The translations under genes were made by a program, and so were the position numbers. 64,000 nt of DNA from Paraspadella gotoi (lineage: Eukaryota > Animalia > Chaetognatha). The first letter of the stretch is position 1. Each line of letters starts with the position of its first letter. Positions 56,275-64,000 of this stretch are shown piece after piece. The DNA lies in assembly GCA_051294375.1 (NCBI GenBank), contig CM119266.1, positions 2,721,812-2,785,811 on the forward strand, given 5' to 3'. The notes under the pieces were generated by a model that did no database searches, had not been told where the DNA came from, and saw nothing but the letters and a program-made list of their open reading frames with translations.

Positions 56275-57323
56275 TTAGTCGAATCTGCTTATCAGCAGAT
56301 TCCCACTCTATAATTCACTTTGTCGGTCCGTCGGTCCGCCCCCTTAATCTTGTCTGGCATTAATTTAAATCATTTCAGAACATCAAATTATAATAAATTA
56401 TGAAAAAAAATGATATCCGTCTGTCTGTCTGTCCGACCGTCCCTCTTAGCAAAAAACTCTAATTACTCGTGATTGGATGGTTGTATTGGAATGAAATTTT
56501 GTGTTTGGGTAGGAAAGTGCGAACGAAAATAAGTTTAAATGGAAAAAACATAAGTCTCATTTACTTGAATATTTATACTAATTTTAACCCATAATTATAC
56601 TAATTAATAATAATTGGATGGATTAATTGAGATGGAATTTTGTGTGGTGAGTGGGAAAGTGTGTGACGAATATCATATATACCTGGATGTTAAGTTTCGA
56701 TGGAATCGTGTGTGTGGAAATTAGTTTAAATGTAAAAATATATAAGTTACATTTACTTAAATCTTTTATTTAATTTTAATCCAAATTACTCAAATTATTC
56801 ATAATTGTATGGATAGAATGAGATGAAATTTTGTATGTGGTACTGGTTAAGAAAGTGTGTGATTGAGCAGAATATAAAGTTTTGATGGAATCGAGGAGTG
56901 GAAATGAGTTTGCATGAAAAAAACCAAATTCAAGTTGATTTAAAATTTTATTCTTTATGCTTACTCATGTTTCAATTAGTTAATTAATAGATTGATTAAT
57001 TAATTAAATTGAAAAAATGGTGCAAGTTGAAAAAATGGTACAAGTTTAAAAAATGTGCGAATTGAAAATAGTGCAAGTTGAAAAAATTATGCCTGTTGAA
57101 AAAATTTTGCAAATTGAAAAAAAAAAGTTGAAAAAATAATAATAGTTAAAAAAATATTTGTTTGTACCATAGTAACAGTTCAGTTTAATCCTTGCAAGCG
57201 ACTTGCATGTATTTGCGCAGCCATTGGTTTGGTATGGTCAATCTGTTATGATCACAAATTGAAAGAATTATCGCCATTTATCATCTGATTAGCTGATTAT
57301 ATCCGACATTGTTTGCTCAAATT
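56275..57323 (+). mobile_element. HINE family B copy with internal tandem repeats
   Basis: TTAGTCGAATCTGCTTATCAGCAGATTC start, (GTCT/GTCC)n, repeated GGAAAGTGTG...GATGGAATCG blocks and ATCCGACATTGTTTGCTCAAA end, all homologous to 41474-42012. Confidence 0.75.
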
Positions 57324-58596
57324 TGTTTAACGTTTGTTTTATAATTTTTTTTAGTTACATTCGTGTGATTATATATCATTTCATTCCTTGCACGTGTTTA
57401 TTGTCATCTAAACAACTCCCAATGTTATTAATTAATTTATAATTTATTTTTAATTTCTCATTTTGAAACAACACAAAACTTTGCCTATTTCTCTTTTGTT
57501 TGCGGATTCTCATAGTATTTAGCCATTCACGAAAGAGCCGAAGTTAAGGTCAGATACGATATATCATAGTCATGATAGTGCTATTTTGTTTCTATATTAC
57601 ATATTCAATCAGGAAATTCTGTAAAACATTCCATTGAAAATGTTATTGGTTTGATCAATTGATGTTAGTTTGCACCAAAGATAAAGAATTAGTAGTTTAA
57701 TGTTTATATTAACTAGCTAGAATCTAGCTAGCCTAAATTAATCGCATTGACGATTTGGCAGCTGCATTCAATTTAATTTTCTGAATTTTTTTATAATTTA
57801 GTTAATAATTTTCAAAACTGTTTATCAGAGTGATGTGAAAATAATAATATTTTATAAAATTAAAATTTAGCATATAGAATTTTTAAAAGAAATTAATAAA
57901 AATATTTTGATAAATACGTAGTAATAAGTATATAATATTAAGTTTTTTTGAGCTGCGTCGGTTAAATTTCATAATTGTCTATTTTTTGCTGATTTTTCGG
58001 AGACGATGACCGAGAATCCAACGTTGTTTTAAAATGTTTATTGACATTAGACATTAGGTGACGATATATAAAAAGAGTTCAGGTTGTTTCAAAACAAACA
58101 ATGACTTTAAATACGTTAAAAACCAACACCTTAAAAGCAACGTGAAAACGTTCGACGTCGCGACTTTACTAGGCAACTGCCTCTGACTTTTGCTAAGTTT
58201 CAAACATTAAAAATGAGCCAGATATTGCCCTTTTTCTCCTTCTTCATAATCCGTCGTCGTCGCGAATCGGGAAACTTGCAATTCGGATGTCGTAATTCTC
58301 TTCCGTCGGAAGTCGAGCCTTTCTCCCCTTACGGCGACGCCCGCGTTGGCCACCGCGAACGCCAATACAAAGTGGTTCAAAAATATAAAAAATTATATTT
58401 AAGATGAAGTTTTTCAATTTCTTGCTTAAAAATATAGTTTTTTGTAATTTTAACCTACTTAATGACATAATTTTTGGAAAAGATTTATATTTTCTTTTAT
58501 TGTGTATAAACTATCAATTTCGTTGCGTTTTGAAATTTAGGAGAAAAAAAACCAAAAAAAACAACAATTTATTTGTTTTTATCAACGAATTGTATT

Positions 58597-58652
58597 ATTG
58601 TTAATACATGTTTCGACTCTTGAGTTTTAGAGTCTTCATCAGTTTTGACAAT
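58597..58652 (-). ncRNA. Minimal type I hammerhead ribozyme
   Basis: Minus strand reads ATTGTCAAAA-CTGATGA-A-GACTCT[aaaactca]AGAGTC-GAAA-CATG-TA-TTAACAAT, with AATAAA downstream. Confidence 0.72.
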
Positions 58653-58678
58653 CAATAATTTCTTACTCTTTAACATTA

Positions 58679-58717
<39 letters not shown>

Positions 58718-59259
58718 TCTGAATCTGTTCTTAGAATTTTGAAAAAAAAAATTTTGAAATTTTAACATTATATAAGGGTAGTGCTATATACAAAATAAGC
58801 TGACTGGGCTACAATATATATAAAAAAGAAAAATTACTACAGATTAGTATTCACTAATATGATAGTTTTCAAGATACAACTGCTAAATTTTGATTCCAAA
58901 CTTTCACTTCACCCTACTGTTTATCTCTTAGTAATTAGTACTTATTAATCATGCTAGCAATAAATGCCTTGTAAGAGTGATGGAGGCCTTAAACCACCAA
59001 AGCCTGTCCAAAGTCAGGGGCAAGAGAGCTTATTTATTAAATGAATGAATAATTTTTATATTGGTTGTACCAATTTCATAAATATTATAATTATTATAAT
59101 TGTTTCTTCGTCTAAAGAGAGAGCCCGAAAATGTGGAAGCGTCATGGCGAATTTAATGGAGAATGATAAGATTCAAAAAAAGGAGGATAGAAGGAAGAGA
59201 AAAAGAAGAAAAAAAGAAGCTCTGCCACGTCTGGGAGGAAGAAGAGGGAAGAGTCCCTC

Positions 59260-59692
59260 CTCGCTTTAAAGAGGAAAGGAGCGAGAGGAGGAAGAGAGGC
59301 GTGTACCCCGTCACGTGACTCCGGGGAGATGTGGCCGGGCGTCCAGCCGTTTTTCTCCCCGCTCCCTTTTGCTTTCGTCGCGTCTATAGCGCCGAGTCGC
59401 GTAACGTTACTCCCTATCTTCCCGCCTTTACGACGCGGACCCAGATTCCGTTTCGCCAGTCGATTTCTCTTTTCCTCCTCTGTCGAATCGCCAGCCGTGC
59501 GATGGTCGCATCCCGTTGCCTACGGGCGTCGCTTTGGCTTCGTGACTTGAGCGTTACGGAGTCGCGGAATTCGCGGATGCAAAGAGTGAAAAAAAGAAAT
59601 GAAAGGAAAAAAAAGGATTTTCCTCCCTCGCATTCCTTTTTCGTCTCTCTCGGGCGTCGTCGTCATTGTCGTCCTCCAGTGCCACGCTAACG

Positions 59693-59761
<69 letters not shown>

Positions 59762-60062
59762 TCTCTCCTCTCTCTCTCTCTCTTTTTCGACAGAGACGAA
59801 TCCATTTTGAGACGACACACTCAAAAATATGACGAGATTGTTAGTGAACGAAATCGTTTTTTATATTAAAAAACATTTAGCTGCAGTCGCGAGCGAAAGA
59901 TAAAAAAAAAAAAGAATCGGGTTGAGCGACCGGGAGATTCCTTGACGTCAACGTCCTCGACATCTTTCGCCTCGACGACGCCATCAAAGGTTCGGGCTTC
60001 AAATAAACTAGCGATTTGCGATTATCATCAAAGACGGCGTCTGGCGCGTCGATTCGCCTGAG
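59260..60062 (+). promoter_or_regulatory. CpG-rich promoter/5' exon of an unidentified gene
   Basis: GTCACGTGAC at ~59310, palindromic CRE TGACGTCA at 59943-59950 and donor-like GAG|GTAATG at 60062. Confidence 0.35.
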
Positions 60063-60529
60063 GTAATGGCCGCTTTCGCCAAACCAAATGATGAAATCAT
60101 ATTTTTCTTTTAAGTTTACAACTTACATTTTGTAATACTATTAGCGAAAAATGGTCTGAAATGTTAAGGTCGTTGACCTAATTCGAGAATCCGTTTCCCT
60201 TCTGTTTCGTGACTCTTTTTCCCACCGTCGAGAAATGAGCGAATTCCGTTTCAGACTCCGAAGGAATTTCGCTCTAACGAATCTGACACGCAACACGTGA
60301 CAGCCATTCTCGATCCTCGTGGTGACCAATAAGATTTAGTGAAAGAGACGAGATTGAGAGTGAGACAGTTTGAAAAGGAATGTTCTCGTCTTTCTTAAGA
60401 GCTAAAATTTTAATCTTTAAGAATTATCAATAATGATATTATTTGGCAGACTGCTACGGTATCAGTACATGCTTCATGCGCATAAACTGCATTTGTTTCA
60501 TAATTGTATAGTCACGTAAGCACTGACCT

Positions 60530-60830
60530 GGCATAATTACGGTCTGAAAGTGGTATTTTTTTGTTTAATATTTGGTTAATATTATTAACAGCGAAGTAAA
60601 AAACGGTCGGTGATTTTTTTTTCGCTTCTTATGAGCGATGTATAAAGTTCTTATAACGCAACAATAAAAAAAAAGACACTAGTAAAGGTAAAAAAACTTT
60701 TTATTATCAATATTATTTCAAAACCTCCCTTAACCCTTACTACCCCTAATCCCCAACCCTAACTACCCCTAACCTTAACCACCCTTAATCCTTAACCACC
60801 TTTAACTTAATTGCTAACCGTTTAAAAAAC
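60530..60830. mobile_element. Partial telomere-repeat MITE
   Basis: GGCATAATT start (reverse complement of the 53568 end), CGGTCGGTGATTT and a CCCTAA array at 60725-60810. Confidence 0.5.
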
Positions 60831-60983
60831 ATAAAAATATTATTTTTCCTTTCATTTCGTTGTATTATTTGTTTGATGTAGAAAATTAATTATTTATGTA
60901 CAAAGAGTTTTATTAAGAAACAAATTTATAAATTTGAAGAGAGAGTCTGTAAAAATATTTTTTTACAACTCAATTAGTTTTTG

Positions 60984-61183
60984 GGGTTTCTTTTACTTTC
61001 GCTGACCGGGGTTAGGGAGGGGCTAGGGTTAAAGGTGGTTTAAGGGTGGTTTAGGGTTAGGGATGGTTAAGGTTTAGGGTAATTAGGTAAACATTTTTTT
61101 TAATTCTTTTTTAAAAATAAGTATTTTTAAGTAATTTTTCAAAAGCAGCCAAAACCGCGGTCGGCGAAAGTATAATTTAGCCC
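60984..61183. mobile_element. Telomere-repeat MITE copy
   Basis: TTTACTTTCGCTGACCGGGG...CCGCGGTCGGCGAAAGTATAATTTAGCCC; TTAGGG core; GTTTTTG on both flanks. Confidence 0.7.
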
Positions 61184-61192
61184 GTTTTTGCG

Positions 61193-61226
61193 CTGATGAA
61201 GGCTTACATTGAAGCCGAAACATGTT
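61193..61226 (+). ncRNA. Minimal hammerhead ribozyme core (stem I not evident)
   Basis: CTGATGA-A-GGCTT[acattg]AAGCC-GAAA-CATG-TT. Confidence 0.6.
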
Positions 61227-63573
61227 TTCTTTATAGAACTTAACATAAATTTATATTACTGCGTAAAAAATATGTATTAATGCGCTAACTACGACTCGAC
61301 GTTAGAGGGAAAATAAAATATAATGGATTAACAAACCACCGACCGTTGGTAGCTAAGGTTGGTTGCAGACGTCGAATAGTAAAGTTACCCTAAAAAACCA
61401 TATGATGCTTCTTGTGCATATGTTTAAACTTTAATACTAATGTGGTCACGTGATCATCTGGAAAAGCATCCACAAAAGTGTCACTGTGAACTTGCCGGTT
61501 CTTGTTATTCCCGTTGTCAGATGTGAAGCAATCGAGCGGCAGTAAGGGAATTTGAGTCTGCCCTTTCTTATATACTTATCTACCACATTACACATTGCAC
61601 TTTTCAATCTTCCTTAGCAGTATTTGTAATCTGAAATGATTCGAACAAATACGACGACGAAGTCTTTGAACTTTCCGACCCGAAGTGGTCATTAAGAATG
61701 ACCCGTTTGTATCCGACCATGACTAACCTTGTTATGGCTGACATTTTCAGTAATTACGTAGTTGCTGTTGTTATATTTTCCGTTTTTGATTTTACTCCAA
61801 ATGTTTTTTTGGTATTATGTTTACAAACAGGCCTCGAATTTTTCTCCAAATCTCCAAGTCACCGCAATTGGTATTACCCGACTATTCTTTAGGACATTCT
61901 TTGCAACCTTTAAGACATTTTTGTCCATTTTTAAATTCGTTTACGTTTTCGAANNNNNNNNNNGATAGAAATCACTGCCCTTATGGCAAGCAAAGTTCAA
62001 AAATATTATGTACAAATTATGTTTTTTCTGTGTTTTTCTTTTACACGAGTTACATTTAGTTGCCGGATATCTCGGATATCTATTGAAAATTATAAAATTA
62101 AACTAACGTAGACGAGAATCTCGCTTAAAAAAAAATTCAACATTTTTCTAATAGAGAATTCCGTTCAAATCTGACTACCCAAATTGCAAACGCGTTTGCC
62201 AGAAATTCGGTTAAAAAACACTTGTAAAAACGCACGATTCCGAGAGTGTTACATCTGAAGAGCTTGTCCTATTCGTTTTATGGCATTTGATAAAGGATTT
62301 AATATCAAACAAGCCAGGGGAAATGCACTACTCATCTCCAGAGAATTTTCAAACCTCATTTTTACTATAGAAATGAAAGGGAAAGTTTACAAACTTCAAA
62401 TTGCAAACGGGATTGCAATATGTTCCTGTTACATGAGCGACTTCGAATTTCGTGATTCTGATAGCTTTGTGTCTGAAGAGCTTGTCCTATTTTCCTTTTT
62501 TCATTTTATAATGATTTTGACTTAAAATGATCAGGTTTAAATGAAATAGTCCGGTTTGAATCGCGAAATTTTTATTTAAAAAGAAATTAAAAGGAAGGTT
62601 GAGAAAAAAACTGATTTTTCCTAATATCTTTTGAAGGAATAAAGATAAAGGGATGGTAATAGTACCAAAATGAAGCCATAATCATAGGGCACATACAAGA
62701 TACAATTTTAGAATTACTTATGCTGAAACCTCCTTACAGGGTGAGTGTCAAACTAAGTCAAAATTATAATGAATTTTAAAACTAATGACACCCTATAAGA
62801 ATAAATGAAAATTTAATTCTTATTAATGATTCTGAAAGAAAAAAGGCTAAATTGTACTCTAGTAAAACTTTAAAGTTTTTTGGATAATGAAAATGTGAAT
62901 TTTGTGTCACTTAAATATTTGCTTGTCTGATTTTACAAGCATGGCTTACAAATTCTACAAAATATTATTCACCCCATCACAGCCTAAGTATTTATCTTTC
63001 TTTTCCACCAGCAAAAAGTAAACATTATTTTATGCTAGAGAACAGGGATGTTTACTGAAATGAGCCGGAAGACATTCAACTTCTTCACTTTACTGTCATT
63101 TTTCAATAATAAAATAGGCGAATTTTTTAATTATTTAACTCTCACAGGCTTCACAAGACATTATATTTTCATAATATCCAATTTAATGTAATTTATTATA
63201 TTTTTTACCCAGAAATCATAAAATAACAGAAAGTTGTGGATTCCCTTCGCTCGTTTAAGAAAAAAAAAATAATACTGCGAATTATAAGTTGTAAGAGGAA
63301 GTCAGAATCGGCGAAAATCTTAAAAGCGCGAAATGTTGAAAAAAAGGGGTGGAATTTTGTTGGGTTTCCTAAGATTTTTCCACCAATGTGAGGTCCGATT
63401 AAAGCGAAACTTGAGATTTACATATTCCGTCATTCACATCTATCGATACAAAATATAAGAAAAAGTCTGGCTCTTTCTATAGCGGCTCCTAACTAACGAG
63501 TTCCTTTGATTTTCATTCTGTCATTCTGAAAATTGAATCCCGTCTCTCTCTGCTCTCCCTTTCCTTCATTCAA

Positions 63574-64000
63574 GCCCCCAACCCCCACTACCCGCTCCAC
63601 CAACATGGCCACCATCGTCCGCTCTCTTTTCGCGCCTTTGCTCGGGCGCGCCCTCTAGAAACAAAAGCCACCGCCAGGGCACCCTCCATTCGAAACGGAG
63701 GCGACGCTTCGGACGGTTGGCGCTCTCGGCCGGTGGCTGCGTTGCGTCACGACGCCGCCGCCGCCAAAAACTCTTCTCCCCTTCCACATCAAAAGATTCA
63801 CTGTGGAAGACGGAAACGCCGCGGCACGCCGCCTGGGGAGAACGCCGGACGCCGCCGCCGCGGAAAGAAGCGCGCCGGGCGACGCCGCTTAGATCTGGGA
63901 CGCTTTCTCGCGCCTGGCGGGGGACGGCACGAAATGGAGAGTGCGATGACGACGACGACGACGACGAACCCAAAATCTTCGTGGGAGAGACGGAGAAGCG
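63574..64000 (+). other. GC-rich probable exon of a gene continuing beyond the window (frame unresolved)
   Basis: Pyrimidine tract plus AAG at 63573, then CpG-rich sequence with two open + frames; no recognisable motif. Confidence 0.3.

Noticed and set aside
62255-62495. Two CTGAAGAGCTTGTCCTATT motifs as hammerhead cores
   Set aside because: No stem II closure or GAAA follows; just a short direct repeat. CTGACGA at 17302 and ~55665 also lack the rest of the core.
63566-63973. 135-aa minus-strand ORF
   Set aside because: Low-complexity, non-ATG start, no motif; the acceptor context favours a + strand exon.

Overview
Eukaryotic (animal, invertebrate-like) genomic DNA: compact and gene-dense, with GC/CpG-rich exons, short AT-rich introns and two 10-N assembly gaps. 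Thirteen consecutive + strand genes can be reconstructed by hand: ceramide synthase, ANKS6, reticulon, PRCP, an unknown PY-motif membrane protein, alpha-tubulin, POP1, ENY2, RNF168, an N-anchored GST, PRPF38A, AMPK-alpha and a MyRIP-like Rab effector with Ig domains. A CCDC151/CCDC183-like gene is nested antisense in a MyRIP intron, and an eclosion-hormone-like neuropeptide precursor lies on the - strand. The most notable signals are: (1) a 719-bp miniature LTR retroelement with TSD, PBS and PPT whose LTRs carry a tRNA-type Pol III promoter; (2) an operon-like, co-oriented gene array with gaps as short as 70 nt and unpaired acceptors before ATGs, suggesting SL trans-splicing; (3) three minimal hammerhead ribozymes with covarying stem II, two of them tied to a telomere-repeat MITE; (4) unusually relaxed splice signals (AAG/GAG acceptors, degenerate donors); (5) a MyRIP-Ig domain fusion. 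All homology calls come from recalled motifs, not database searches.
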